From Squalus acanthias (taxonomy: Eukaryota), in contig CM059432.1 of assembly GCA_030390025.1 (NCBI GenBank), positions 118,174,001-118,238,000 on the forward strand: DNA of 64,000 bases. The letters run 5' to 3'. The notes under the pieces were generated by a model. It was not told the origin of the DNA. It worked only from the letters and a program-made list of their open reading frames with translations, and did no database searches. Below are positions 1-12,804 of the stretch, piece after piece (position 1 is the stretch's first letter; every line of letters starts with the position of its first letter). A program made the position numbers and the translations under genes.

Positions 1-164
1 GCAAGGCTGTGCCCCTGGTAGACAGAGGCTGCAGGATCATCTGGAAAATCCAGGCCCATAATCTGTGATTTCTATCCTTTAGCTGTCCCTCTATCAATGT
101 CATCACTTTACCTTTGATAGCATGAGCATTCATTCATTTCCACTACAAGTTGCCTCTATTATTA

Positions 165-3010
165 TGTTTTTATTTGTGGGATGTGGGTGTCGCTGGCAAG
201 GCCAGCATTTATTGCCCTTGAGAAGGTGGTGGTGAGCTACCTTCTTGAACCACTGCAGTCCGTGTGGTTAAGGTACTCCCACAGTGCTGTTAGGGAGGGA
301 GTTCCAGGATTTTGACCCAACGATGATGAAGGATCAGCGATATACTTCTAAGTCAGGATGGCGTGTGACTTGGAGGGGAACTTGGAGGTGGTGGTGTTCC
401 CATGCGCCTGCTGCCCTTGTCCTTCTAGGTGGAAGAGGTCGCGGGTTTTGGAGGTGCTGCCAAAGAAGCCTTAACGAGTTGCTGCAGTGCATCTTGTAGA
501 TGGTACACACTGCAGCCACGGTGCGCCAGTGGTGGAGGGAGTGAATGTTTAAGGTGGTGGATGGGGTGCCAATCAAGCGGGCTGCTTTGTCCTGGATGGT
601 GTCGCGCTTCTTGAGTGTTGTTGGAGCTGCACTCATCCAGGCAAGTGGAGAGTATTCCATCACACTCCTTACTTGTGCATTGTAGATGGTGGAAAGGCTT
701 TGGGGAGTCAGGAGGTGAGACACTCGCCGCAGAACACCTAGCCTCTGACCTGCTCTTGTTGCCACAGTATTTATGTGGCTGGTCCAGTTAAGTTTCTGGT
801 CAATAGTGACCCCCAGGATGTTGATGGTGGGGGATTCGGCGATGGTAATGCTGTTGAATGTCAAGGGGTGGTGGTTAGACTCTCGCATGTTGCAGATAGT
901 CATTGGCTGGCACTTGTGTGGCGCGAATGTTACTTGCCACTTATCAGCCCAAGCCTGAACATTGTCCAGGTCTTGTTTGCATGTGGGCATGGACTGCTTC
1001 ATTATCTGAGGAGTTGTGAATGGCACTGAACACTGTGCAGTCATCAGCAGACATCCCCATTTCAGCCTTATGATGGAGGGATGGTCATTGATGAAGCAGC
1101 TGAAGATGGTTGGGACTAGGACACTGCCCTGAGGAACTCCTGCAGCGATGCCCTGGGGCTATAATGATTGACGTTCAACCACCACAACCATCTTCTATTG
1201 TGCTAGGTATGACACCAGCCAGTGGAGAGGTTTCCCCCCGATTCCCATTTAGTTCAGTTTTACGAGGGCTCCTTGATGCCACACTCTGTCAAATGCTGCC
1301 TTGATGTCAAGGGCACTCACTCTCACCTCACCTCTGGAATTCAGCTCCTTTGTCCTTGTTTGGACCAAGGCTGTAATGAGGTCGGGAGCCGAGTAGTCTT
1401 GGCGGAACCCAAACTGGGCATCAGTGAGCAGATTATTGGTGATTAAGTGCTGCTTGATAGCACTGTCGATGACACCTTCCATCACTTTGCTGATGATTGA
1501 GAGTAAACTGATGGGGCAGTAATTGGCCGGATTGGATTTGTCCTGCTTTTTGTGGACAGGACATACCTGGGCAGTTTTCCACATTGTTGGATAGATGCCA
1601 ATGTTGTAGCTGTACTGGACCAGCGTGGCTCGAGGCGCGGCTAGTTCTGGAGCACAAGTCTTCAGCACGATAGCCGAAATATTGTCGGGGCCCACAAGCC
1701 TTTACTGTATCCTGTTCGCTCAGCCGTTTCTTGATATCACGTGGAGTGAATCGAATTGGCTGAAGATTGGCTTCTGTGATGGGGGGGACCTCAGGAGTAG
1801 GATCATCCACTCGGCACTTCTGGGTGAAGATGGTTGCAAAAGCTTCAGCCTTGTCTTTTGCACTCATGTGCTGGGCTCCACCATCATTGAGTATGGGGAT
1901 ATTCATGGAGCCTCCTCCTCCTGTTAGTTGTTTAGTGGTTCACCACCACCATTCACGACTGGATGTCACAGAACTTCAGAGCTTTGATCTAATCCATTGA
2001 TTGTGGGATCACTTAGCCCTGTCTATAGCATGCTGCTTCCACTTTTTAGCATGCATGTAGTCCTGTGTTGCAGCTTCCCCAGATTGGCACCTCATTTTTA
2101 GGTACGCCTGGTGCTGCTCCTGGCATGCTCTTCCACACTCCTTATTGAACCAGGGTTGGTCCCCTGGCTTGATGTTAATGTTAGAGTGAGGGTTCTGCCG
2201 GGCCATGAGGTTACAGATTGTGGTGGAATACAATTCTGCTGCTGATGATGACCCACAGTGCCTAATGGATGCCCAGTTTTGAGCTGCTAGATCTGTTCTG
2301 AATCTATCCCATTGAGCATGGTGGTAGTGCCACACAACACGATGGAGGGTGTCCTCAGTTTGAAGACGGGAGTTCGTCTTCACAATGACTGTGCGGTGGT
2401 CACTGCTGCCAATACTGTCATGGACAGATGCATCTGCGACAGGTAGATTGGTGAGGACGAGGTCAAGTAGGTTTTTCCCTCCTGTTGGTTCTATCACCAC
2501 CTGTCGCAGGCCCAAACTGGCAGCTATGTCCTTCAGGACTCGGCCAGCTCGGTCAGTAGTGATGCTACTGAGCCACTGTTGGTGATGGATATTGAAGTCC
2601 CCCACCCAGATTACATTCTGTGCCCTTGCTACTCTCAGTGCTTCTTCCAAGTGGTGTTCAACATGGAGGAGTACTGATTCATCAGCTGAGGGAGGGCGGT
2701 AGGTGGTAATCAGCAGGAGGTTTCCTTGCCCATACTTGACCTGAAGCCATGAGTCTTCATGGGGTCCGGAGTCAATGTTGAGGACTTCCAGGGCCGCTTC
2801 TTCCCGACTGTATACCACTGTGCTGCTACACCTGGTGGGTCTGTCCTGCCGGTGGGACAGGACATACCCAGGGATGGTGATGGAGGGGTTTGGGACATTG
2901 GCTGGAAGGTATGATTCTGTGAGTATGACTATGTCAGGCTGTTGCTTGACTAGTCTGTGGGACAGCTCTCCCAATTTTGGCACATATCCCCAGATATTAC
3001 GGACGTTGTA
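165..3010 (-). mobile_element. 5'-truncated non-LTR retrotransposon (CR1/L2 group LINE) with frameshifted ORF2 (APE endonuclease + RT) and 3' UTR
   Basis: Minus-strand ORF pieces: 2009-2983 APE motifs (VILTES, YRPPS, GDFN, LDLVLT, SDH); 1249-1906 RT N-terminal motifs (GPDNI, YCPISLL, QFGFR, LDIKAAFD); SADD at ~1040-1051; 334-1044 RT C-terminus (WADKWQV, LGVTID). Confidence 0.92.
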
Positions 3011-3468
3011 ACAGGGTAACTTGGAAAATCACAATATGATTAGGCAGAGTCAACATGGTTTTTTGAAAGGGAAATCATGTTTGACAAATCTATTAGAGTT
3101 TTTTGAGGGTGTAACTAGCAGGGTAGATAAGGAAGAACCAGTGAATGTAATATATTTGGATTTTCAGAAGGCATTCGATAAGGTGTCACACAAGAGTTTG
3201 CTAAACAAAATTAGAGCTCATGCGATTGGGGGTAATATATTAGCATAGATTGGGGATTGCTTAATGGACAGAAAACAGAGTGTTGGAATAAACAAGTCAT
3301 TTTCAGCATGGCAGGCTCTAACTAATGGAGTGCAGCAAGGATCAGTGCTTAGGCCTCAGCTATTTACAATCTATTAATGACTTAATTGAAGGGACTGAGT
3401 GTAATGTATCCAAGTTTGCTGATGATACAAAGCTAGGTGGGAAAGTAAATATTTGAGGAGGACACAAA
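3011..3468 (+). mobile_element. CR1 LINE RT fragment, interrupted by Harbinger insertions
   Basis: QHGFLKGKSCLTNLLEFFE, YLDFQKAFDKV, QGSVL and FADDTK motifs with stops; related 3' part resumes at ~6265. Confidence 0.9.
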
Positions 3469-4436
3469 GGCTGGAACTTTCTGGGATGGTAGCGGGTGTG
3501 ATCGGAGGCGGGTTGGGTGGGAAAGTTGTTATTTTTGATAGCGGGTCGGGAACCTGCTGTCATCCCACCCCCACGCACCTTTCCCCCAGGCGCGTCTGTC
3601 ACCACGGAGCCAACCCGACTGGCAGCGGCGGGGGAACCAATTAAGATGATTAACAGCTAGTTGTCAGACCCTTAAGAGGCTTTTTTAACTTACTTTTTAA
3701 ATTTAACTGCATGGACACAGGAAACACGCTGCTCGGGAAGCACATCTGTCAACCTGAGGCGGGAGTTCCGTGGCCATTGCTCCAGCTGATTATTTGACAG
3801 CATCAAATGTACAGCAAAAGCTCCCACCTGACAGATGATCACTTTCCTCAGGCAGAAGCTGTTGCTCAATCCATTTCCAGCACAGATTCTGCCGGCTGCA
3901 AGTCTTTCCAGCAAAGTCTCCATCCAGTCTCACCTCATTGGAAGAACTTTCACACCATTGACAGAATGCTTCTGTCATCTGTACTTCACCTGCCATCTAT
4001 TCCATCAACATAGGTGCCATTTATACTCTCTCACCTCGGTCCTCAGAATCGGACCACGATAAGCCCCAACACCAGCAGCACCTGCCACACCAGCAGCACC
4101 AACAATAACCCCAACCTACTCCGCAATCACCTGATGCTACACAGGACACAGGGCAACAGCACCTGAGCACATTGCTGCTGGGGAGGCCAGGGATAGCCTC
4201 ATCATGGCCAGATTTATTTCTCTTTACAATGTACACCCATATGTCTGCCACATGATGCGCCAGGTTGGCGCCACCCCACACCAACACTATAAAGCATCCC
4301 TACAATGCCCAAGCCATTCCTTTCACACTCATGACCATTGCGAGGTGTACTGTTATCTCTCATCATTCATGCAATTCACTAAGCCACTTCCAAAGTTGCA
4401 CACAAATCTGTCCAAGACTGGAAAGTGTTGAAACTA
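3469..4436 (+). mobile_element. Internally deleted Harbinger derivative (family of 40003-45860)
   Basis: Starts GGCTGGAACTTT (TIR-like); colinear with ~40003-40685, then jumps to sequence matching ~42105-42365, so the transposase core is missing. Confidence 0.8.
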
Positions 4437-6262
4437 AAGTTGAAAAATTGGGTTGGTTAGCGTCTCCGATTAGCGCCTCCGAGGGGTGCTAACAACTTAC
4501 CGCCCGAGTGCAGCGATTTTAGCGCCGCCCGCGAAATTGGCCTGGCGCGATGCGGGGGCGCTAAACACTACCACCATGATCTCCTGCGCCCGGAGGTCAT
4601 GACGTCATCCAAGTGTGCAACGCCCTGGTAGCGCCCCGGACCGGAAATTGATTCTCTCCCCCTGCCTTAGCGCCTGCCGCTAGGAATGACAGGTAGAGGG
4701 GGACGTTTTGCAGTCGGTAAGGGGCTGGGGGAGCGCTATTTAAAGGCGTGTGCTTCCTGCTTTTTCTTGTCTGCAAAATATTTGACATACGCAGGTTGAG
4801 AGGGAGAGAGACGTCTGGAGAGATTTAACGCTGTCCTACAAGGAGTTTTGTTCTTGAGCAACACTTTTCAGTTTCTTATTTCTCTGAGCTTCATATTTAC
4901 CATATTTACAAGATTAAATGGGGGCTGTACTAACTCGGGGCGTCGTCCTCCAGCTTCACCTTCAGAGGCAGCAGAGGCGCAGAGAGAGAGTGGCAAACGT
5001 GGCCAGAGGAGGAGGGCCAACAGGCCCCTGCACAGGAGGCCTTACCCTCCCAGGGTATTCCGGGAGCAATTCTCCTAAATTCATTTGTCTGAGGAGCAGT
5101 GTTTGCACAGGCTCCGCTTCAGCAAGGAGGTGGTCACTGAGCTCTGCTACCTCCTGCAACCAGATCTGCAGCCTCAACTGAGGACCAGGACGTCTCTGTC
5201 GGTGGCAGTGAATGTGACGGTGGCTCTTAATTTCTATATCAGCGGCTCCTTCCAGGCTTTAATTGGGGACATAGCGAATATCTCCCAGTTTGCTGTCCAT
5301 TGCTGCATCCAGGAGGTCACAAATGCTCTGTACAACAGGAAAAGGGAGTTCATCTGTTTTCCCATGACACAGGACAAACAGCGCGAACACACATGTGGCT
5401 TCGCTAGGATAGCGGGCTTCCCCATGGTTCAAGGCGCCATTGACTGCATGCATGTTCCGCAACCGCAACGGCTTCCACTCTCTGAATGTGCAGTTGGTGT
5501 GCGACCACAGACAGCGCATCCTCGCCGTCAATGCCCGCTATCCTGGCAGCAGCCATGATGCTTTCATCCTGCGCCAGGCTGGTGTCCCAGACCTCTTCCA
5601 ACCACCGCGTCAACCTCGTGGCTGGCTCCTCGGGGACAAGGGTTATCCACTCTGCACCTGGCTGATGACACCGCTCCGTAAGCCCAGCACTCCTGCTGAG
5701 CTCGCCTACAATGAGAGCCATAGCGCCACCAGGAACCTCATTAAGCAGACGATCGGCGTCTTGAAGCAACGGTGCGGTGTCTTGACCACTCTGGAGGAGC
5801 CCTGCAGTACTCGCCTGAGCGAGTCTCGCTTTTCATTGTTGTGTGTTGCATCCTTCACAACCTTGCAATCATGAGGACCCAACCACTGCCACCAGGGATT
5901 GGTGGACCACCTGAGGAGGAGGAAGAGGGAGAGGAGGAGGTGGAGGAGGCATAGGAGGAGGATGAAGAGGAGGATCAGCAGTACCAATGTGGGAGGGAGG
6001 CGCACAATGTTGCATCTGCAAGGGCGGTCCGTGAACACCTGATAAGGCACCGCTTCTGACGAATGACAGAGAAGATGTCTTCCGGGATGAACAAGCACAT
6101 CATCGCAAGCATCCCACAGCCCCTATTGCTGGGCAAAGCTCCAATGAGTCAAATCAGCTAAGTTGTAAAGTAACAATAAAAATTTTATTTATCTGACAAA
6201 CTGTGTCTTATTTATTCAGCACAAACAATAACAAACAAACACAACAAGTCATTAACTAACAA
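4437..6262 (+). mobile_element. Harbinger transposon, left part (GGGGGAAAAATT-TIR family)
   Basis: Left end resembles 16311 and 59423; TAGCGCC-rich subterminal region; transposase follows; right end not found. Confidence 0.85.
4918..6059 (+). pseudogene. Harbinger (HARBI1-like DDE) transposase, disrupted
   Basis: [53 protein letters not shown], acidic tail; stop near 5076-5078 and frameshifts at ~5455 and ~5772. Confidence 0.9.
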
Positions 6263-6264
6263 TG

Positions 6265-6675
6265 AACTGAGAGGTGTTTCCCCTGGCTGGAGAGTCTAGA
6301 ACTAGGGGGCATAATCTCAGGATAAGGGGTCGGCCTTTCAGGACTGAGATGAGGAAAAGTTTATTCACTCAGAGGGTGGTGAATCTTTGGAATTCTCTAC
6401 CCCAGAGTGCCGTGGGTGCTCAGTCAATGAATATATTCAAGACCGAGATCAATAGATTCTTGGGCACTAAGGGAATCAAAGGTTATGGGGATAATGCTTC
6501 TGTGAAGCACCTTGGAACGTTTTACTACGTTAAAGGAGCTATATAAATACTTGTTGTTGTTGTTGTTGCACGGCGGGAAATTGGCATTGATGTAGAAGGT
6601 CAGCCATGATCTTATTGAATGGCGGAACAGGCTCGAGAGGCCAAATGGCCTACTCCTGCTCCTATTTCTTATGCT
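6265..6675 (+). mobile_element. CR1 3' end, with a short SINE-tail insertion at ~6495-6570
   Basis: FPLAGESRTRGHNL...FTQRVVNLWNSLP; CR1 3' UTR (cagccatgatcttattgaatggcgg...ctcctatttcttatg); insert ends in (TTG)n. Confidence 0.88.
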
Positions 6676-6689
6676 GGCATGTTTTGTGG

Positions 6690-7030
6690 CAGTTATCGAC
6701 TGCTTTTTGAAAATCTAAATATATCACATCCACTGTATTTTCTTTTTTTTGCCTCTTAGTAATTTCCTTGCAGTAATCGATAAAATTAGTTAAGCATGAC
6801 CTGCCCTTTTAAAAATCTGTATTGATTGCCCCTGATTAGCCTATACCTTTCGAAGTATTATCCCTTATTATGGTCTCTAGCAGTTTTCCTACTATGGATT
6901 GTTCCTTCCTGTCCTCCTCTGGTATTTCTGCAATCCTTTCTACACCTTCCTTTATAAACACAGAGACAAAAATACCTTTTAAGCATCTCTGCCATTCTTT
7001 TATTCTCTTTTATATAGATTACCACCTTCG
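6690..7030 (-). mobile_element. Old degraded CR1 RT fragment
   Basis: Reverse complement shows remnants of the GRSCLTN and VDVIYLDF motifs. Confidence 0.55.
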
Positions 7031-7084
7031 TCCCTTAATATTCTCACTGATCGACGAACCTCTTGCTTCTGATGAAAATAAAAA

Positions 7085-7225
7085 TAAAGATTTGCATTTA
7101 TATAGCGCCTTTCATGGCCGCCAGACGTCTCAAAGCGCTTTACGCCCAATGAAGTACTTTTGAAGTGTAGTCACTTTTGTAATGTGGGAAACGCGGCAGC
7201 CAATTTGCGCACAGCAAGGTCCCAC
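7085..7225 (-). mobile_element. DeuSINE (SacSINE1-like) 3' fragment
   Basis: Reverse complement contains gctgtgcgcaaattggctgccgcgtttcc ... aaagcgctttg ... aaaggcgctatataaatgcaa. Confidence 0.85.
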
Positions 7226-7987
7226 ATGTGCCTTTGTTACCGCCCTTTATGCTAATCTCCAGTCTTTATTATTCTTTCTCTTTATCCTCCTTAGATCTCT
7301 TTATTTCTCTTCTGTTGTTTTACTATTGCTTTCGGTTTACTTTGTTACTACCCTTAATTTTATCACATACTTCCTGCTTAGACTCCAATATTCCTCTCTG
7401 CGGTGCCTGGGTTGTGTTGATTTCCAAAGGAGAGGGAGCAGAGAGCTGCTCTCTTTACATTGCCCCAGGATCTTCAGTGCTTCCCTAACTGGGTGGACCA
7501 AGGCCTGCAAACGGCACGGGCTGAGCATTGTAATGCGAATGTGCATTCCCAGCTTCCTGCCTCAATTTTCCTCACCCTTCAACCATGGGGTGCCCAGTTC
7601 AAGTGGCATCTTAGGAAGGCTGACACCAAGCCTTGTACCGAGAACCCTTTCAGACCCATGCTCGGTATGTTTTAAACAACCTTTTCAGCTACACAGAGGA
7701 TCCTCAGACCTTGGGGTGTTCTGACTGCATTTCTCCAACAGCAGCCAAAGGCTCCGAGTGGGCAGCTGCAACTGCCCCCTGATTCTGCCTCAGAACCCAA
7801 TGAAAGACCCATGGAGCGGGCTGTGCCTGGGTCTGACTCGGCCTGCGAATGGCCCAGGGGACTAAATTTGGGACAGGGCATCCTGGAGAAGCAGAGATGT
7901 GCTTTTAGAATCCAACCTGTGTTTTTTATTTCTTTAGATGTTCTGACTGTAAATCTAATTACATTGTGATAAGGAAAGGAATTGGCA

Positions 7988-8205
7988 GCATAGAGTCATC
8001 ATAGAGTTATACAGCACAAAAAGAGGCCCTTCGGCCCATCATGTCTGCGCCAGCCATCAAGCCCTATCTATTCTAATCCCATTATCCAGCACTTGGTCCG
8101 TAGCCTTGTATGCTATGGCGTTTCAAGTGCTCATCTAAATGCTTCTTGAATGTTGTGAGGGTTCCTGCCTCTACCACCCTTTCAGGCAGTGAGTTCCAGA
8201 TTCCA
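7988..8205 (-). mobile_element. CR1 3' terminal fragment
   Basis: catagag tail repeats and CR1 3' UTR similar to 33012-33230. Confidence 0.8.
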
Positions 8206-8807
8206 TGCTCGGTAAGTTTTAAAATAAAAGGAAATAGGATCCGATGATAGAGTTAGCAATGATGGGCCTGATGGTCTTTTCTCACTTTTCTTTTTGTTTG
8301 TTCATATGTATCATCGACCCCTATATGTTCTCCAACTTTTAGGTTACTTACTTGTCCCGTCATTTCCAGAACCAGGCATTAAACAGGTGCTTAAGGGTCC
8401 AATATGGCGAGTTCATTTCACGCGCCTGCCATATTGGTAAATACTCCAGCATAGCTGTTCAGGGTGTGTGCCTGAAACGGACATGGCTGCATTTATTTGC
8501 ACCACAAGTGGGTTGGACCAGATTTCTGACCGGTCCCCTTGGAGGACAAGACACACCCAACAGTTTCTCTGGAATGTGTAATTTGATCCTGCTTGCTGGA
8601 GAGTAAGTCAAGGTCTCTGCAATGTGTAATTTGATCCAGTCATTGTCACAGGCCGGCTCTCCGAGCCAAGCTGCTCCAGTGCAGCCATGACAGTGGCATC
8701 TACCTGTTAATGTGGAGGGTAACCTACAAAAGCAAGATAGCTCTCACACGGCCACGTACGGCCTGCTCTGTCAACCTCCTCCCAATCATCAGTTGAGTGA
8801 TATAACA

Positions 8808-8985
8808 TAAAATGCTGGAAATGCTCAGCAAGTCAGACAGCTTATGTGGAGAGAGAAGCAGAGCTACCCTTTCATCAGAACGTGAAACACTAACTCTGGT
8901 TCTCTTTCTATAAATGCTGCCTGATTTGCTGAGTGTTTCCAGCAATTTAGATCAGATTTCCAGCATCTGCAGTATTTTGTTCTTG
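8808..8985. mobile_element. Penelope pLTR-derived short inverted remnant
   Basis: atgctggaaatgctcagca...tgctgagtgtttccagca inverted arms; minus-strand CTGATGA remnant; homologous to 14296-14430. Confidence 0.75.
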
Positions 8986-9204
8986 AATCAGCAGAGTGAC
9001 AGTAGGAATCAACAATATTGCCATCAAGCAATGCCTGCACACCTGCTGAGCTGTTCACCAATGCTAAGCTCAAGTTGCCTTGTGGGCCCTTTCAAAATTG
9101 TGACCCCATGAACGGGCGATACATGCAGGTGCTGCAGCTGTTTCTCTGAGGCTGAATTTGACAAATCCACAGCACTGACTATTTTACATAATTAGAGCTG
9201 CAAG

Positions 9205-9800
9205 GTTAGTTTCTCTCCCCGAGTTTCTGAACTTCTCCTCCCGAGTTCCTGACCTTCTCCTCCATGAGTTCCTGACCTTCTCTCCCCGAGCTCCTGAGCT
9301 TCTCTCCCTCCGAGCTCCTCTCCCTCAGAGCCCCTGAGCTTCTTCCCCCAATCCTATGTCATCTGGGCTCCTCCGATCCACTGTCCTCTGCCCCCCTCCG
9401 ATCCCGTCCTCGTCCCTCCGATCCCCTGTCCTCTCACCTCCGATCCCCTGTCCGCCCCCCCTCTGATCCCCTTTCCTCTCGCCCCTCCGATCCCGTCCTA
9501 CCCCCTCCGATCCCGTCTCCTCTCGCCATCCGATCCCCTGTCCTCTGCCCCTCCGATCCCCTCTCCTCCCCCCCTCCGATCCCCTCTCCTCCCCCCTCCG
9601 ATCCCCTCTCATCTCCCCCTCCGATCCCGTCCTCTCCCCCCTCTGATCCCCTCTCCTCCCCCCCTCCGATCACCTATCCTCTCTCCGTCTCCGATCCCCT
9701 GTCCTCTCCCCCCTCTGATCCCCTGTCCTCATCCCATCCAATCTGCTGACCTCCCCCCCTCCGATCCCCTGTCCTCTTTCCACTTAGATCTCCTGACCTT
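9205..9800. repeat. C-rich minisatellite (~21-nt ttctccccgagttcctgacc units, then ccgatcccctctcctccccccct units)
   Basis: Directly visible imperfect tandem repeats; similar arrays at ~11600-11830, ~47930-48250 and ~58400-58600 (reverse). Confidence 0.9.
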
Positions 9801-10273
9801 CTCAACATGAAAACAGCTGGCAACAGGAAGGAAATGTGGTTTAGGCCGCAGCCCTGCGGCTAGGCGCATGCACGTTTGTAACAACAGGTGCGCATGCGTG
9901 GTTCCGGTGTGGGGCGGGAGGGTGTTTAGGCTCCGTCCCCATACAGTGCGCAGGCGCAGAATGTCTCAAACTTCTTTGTGTCAGCATTCACTCCCAAAAG
10001 ACATTAGGTCCTTTACATATGCAAATAGGGGCTTAACGTCAGTTTGAGGCTGCCTTTGAAAAATTTGTGTGCGACTGACTGCAGCGTGTGCCACGCATGC
10101 TTAAATGGACCGCAGAAGAGGAAGTTTTAATTTTTTTATCTACCTTATTGTGGAGCTGGGAGGAGCAAGAGTGTTTCTCCCATCCACCATAAAAGCTGTG
10201 GGCTGCTGCTGGCCACTGCTCGCGCCCCACTCAATTGCCTCCCTCTCTCCGTCTCGAACTCTCCTCATGACCT

Positions 10274-10778
10274 CTGTAAGGGATTCTGAAGGAGACTGAA
10301 ACAATATGGTGTGTAGCGAGTATATTTTATTAATAGGTTTAAAAGAACACACAGCAGTCACAGAGTTAACAAGCTGAGTTATTAGCAAAGCACGATCCTT
10401 ACGCTCAAGAATGGCCGAGTACAACAACAAGTTAAGACAATTAATACAACAGAAATGATATTACCCAGTTCTGCTGGAAGGTGCATTGACATCAGGAGGC
10501 TGCCTTCTCTGTCTCAGCAAGTGGAACTTTTAGTACTGTTCTATACCTTGCCTTATCTTGTTGTTCATATTCTTTTTAGTCTAGCTATTGTGGGAGATTG
10601 ATAGCTGCTAATTGTGGGAGATTGATAGTCATGTTTATTTGCAACACCAGATTTCTGATTGGTCCCCTTGGAGGACAAGACACACCCAATAGTTTGTCTG
10701 GAATGTGTAATTTGATCCTGCCAGCTGGAGAGTAATCAAGATCTTTGTAATGTGTAATTTGATCCAGTCATTGTCACA
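10274..10778 (-). mobile_element. LTR-like repeat; partial second copy at 8517-8653
   Basis: TGTAAG...GTCACA termini; minus-strand AATAAA near 10326; ~135 bp shared with 8517-8653; no TSD found. Confidence 0.45.
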
Positions 10779-10874
10779 GGCAGGCTCCAGAGCTCACAGT
10801 GCTAACACTGCTGCTATCGGAGAACAGACAGGGCTCACCCTCCCGGGTTAGGTGCACTTACAGCGCTGAGTTCA

Positions 10875-11245
10875 GATAGGAAGGAGTGAGGCCATGGGGG
10901 GATTTTAACATGAGGATGAGAATTTTAAAATCAAGGTGTTGGTGGAAAATGTTCCCCCTAATTTTTTTGAGGGTGCGCGGTCCGTTTAATGGGCTGTGCG
11001 GCCCATTGAAAATTTTGCGCGGCCTACGCAGGACCTCCAGACAGCTGCGTGGCCACGCAGCTTAGCGGGAACTTTGTTGGTGGACCACGAGCCAATGTAG
11101 GTGAATGAGCACAGGGGTGATGGGTGAATGGGACTTGCTGCGTGTTAGGATACGGGCAGCAGAGTTTTGGATGAGCTCAAGTTCATTGAGGGTGGAAGAT
11201 GAAAGGCTGGCCAGGAGAACGTTGGAATAGTTGAGTCTGACAAAT
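10875..11245 (-). mobile_element. L2-type LINE RT C-terminal fragment
   Basis: RLNYSNVLL...LELIQNSAARILT...ITPVLIHLHWL, continuing as LDFKIL beyond the hAT MITE. Confidence 0.8.
10947..11076. mobile_element. hAT-type MITE (130 bp)
   Basis: Imperfect TIRs aaatgttccccctaa / ttagcgggaactttg; perfect 8-bp TSD TTGGTGGA (10939-10946, 11077-11084). Confidence 0.85.
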
Positions 11246-12804
11246 AACACATAAATGTAATGTTATGCATGTTAGTAGGGCCAACTCAGAATACGCTCTC
11301 ATTTTTTAAAGTTCATTTATTTATAGCCCATCCCTAGTTGCCCTTGAGAGGGTGGTAATGAGCTACCTTCTTGAACCGCTGCAGTCTGGGGTGGGGTGGG
11401 GGGAGGGGAGGAGAGGGAGAACTTGCTGCAGGTGTAAAGAGGGTAGGGGTGGAAGAACGTGATCCAGGCCTAACAGAGGGCAGGGGAATGTGATCTATCT
11501 TCCCATCTGGATCACGTTCCTGCTCTCATCCCACCCCCTCCTATAGACCTGGAGCATGTTCTTACCCCTCCCCACTGTTCTCACTGTGCTCTCCCCAAAA
11601 AAAGTTCCTGATCTTCTCTCCTCCTGCCCACACCCCCCAAGTTCCTGACCTTCTCCCCCCTCTCCGATCTCCTCTCCTGCCTCTCAGAGCTCCTCTTATC
11701 CCTGCGAGCTCCTCTCCGAGCTCCTCTCCCCCCCTTTAGATCCTCTTTCCCCCTTAATGCCTCTCTCCTCTCCCCCCTTCGAGCCCCTCTCCTCTTCCCC
11801 CCATCCGATCCCCTGACCTTCTCCGCATGGAGCTGAGGAAAGCGTGCCGCAGCCACCGCACCGTTTGGTACTGTGCATGCGCGACCGGATCGAGTGCGCA
11901 TGCGCAGTACCAATTGAGGGCGCGTGCGCAGGGTGACCAGAACACTGTGGAAATAATCACAGTGGAGATTGATAGCTTGCTAGATCTAATCAAGGACTTC
12001 CCTCTTGTCTTGTTATTCGCAGCCTGTTCGTCTGGCTATTGAGGGAGATTGATGGCAGGCCCCACTTCAGGTTTGCTCTCCAGTCGGCTCTCCAGAGTCT
12101 AGCCGCATAAGTGGTCTAGATGCACGCGCGACCGATTGAATGCACTTGTGCAGTCCCAAAAAAGTCTTCAGGCTCCACAGACTGTCTTCAGGCTCCCCCA
12201 CACGAGTGCGCATGAGCAGAAGGACTGATATGCCTTACAAGCAATCACTCCAGAGAGTGATACCTGCTAACATCTCATCAAGGGCTTGTTGCAGAGGCAT
12301 GCTGGGATACTCAGCCTTTCCAATACGTAAAATACCTAAACAAGCATGTATAGGCATTGCAGGCTATATCTTTCACCTCAGCCTGCATCTGAGCCGGCTG
12401 ATCTTGGTGCCTCTGGGGAAACGGAGAGTTGCAGAGTAATCAAATGATGCCAGCAGACCAAAGTCGCATGATCCTGCCACTGAAAGGTGCGAGTGCAGCA
12501 CTGGGATCGCACCCCAATTAAGCCATATGATAGTTAGTCCTGAATTCATTCTGTGAACAACGACCCATATTGACCACCATCATTGATTTTATCTCAGTCT
12601 ATCTCCACATTATTAAAACCCTATGACAGTATTCCTGCTCCTCCCATCAGCCACTCCACTGGTGTCCATCAGCCAGCTGGCCCAGACTCCTACAGCCCAG
12701 ACTGAGATGGTGTAGTCTGCAGCCGGGCCCTCCAGGCCCAAAGCTGCTCGAGGCCGTCCTCCAAGGCCATCCGGAGTGGCCTCACTGGAATCTCAGCAGC
12801 CTTC

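Noticed and set aside
9325..9673. Gly/Arg/Glu-rich ORFs (also 11581-11913, 47622-48397, 58339-58850)
   Set aside because: Translations of low-complexity minisatellites.
9205..9800. CRISPR-like array
   Set aside because: Degenerate tandem units without unique spacers, in a eukaryotic context with no cas genes.
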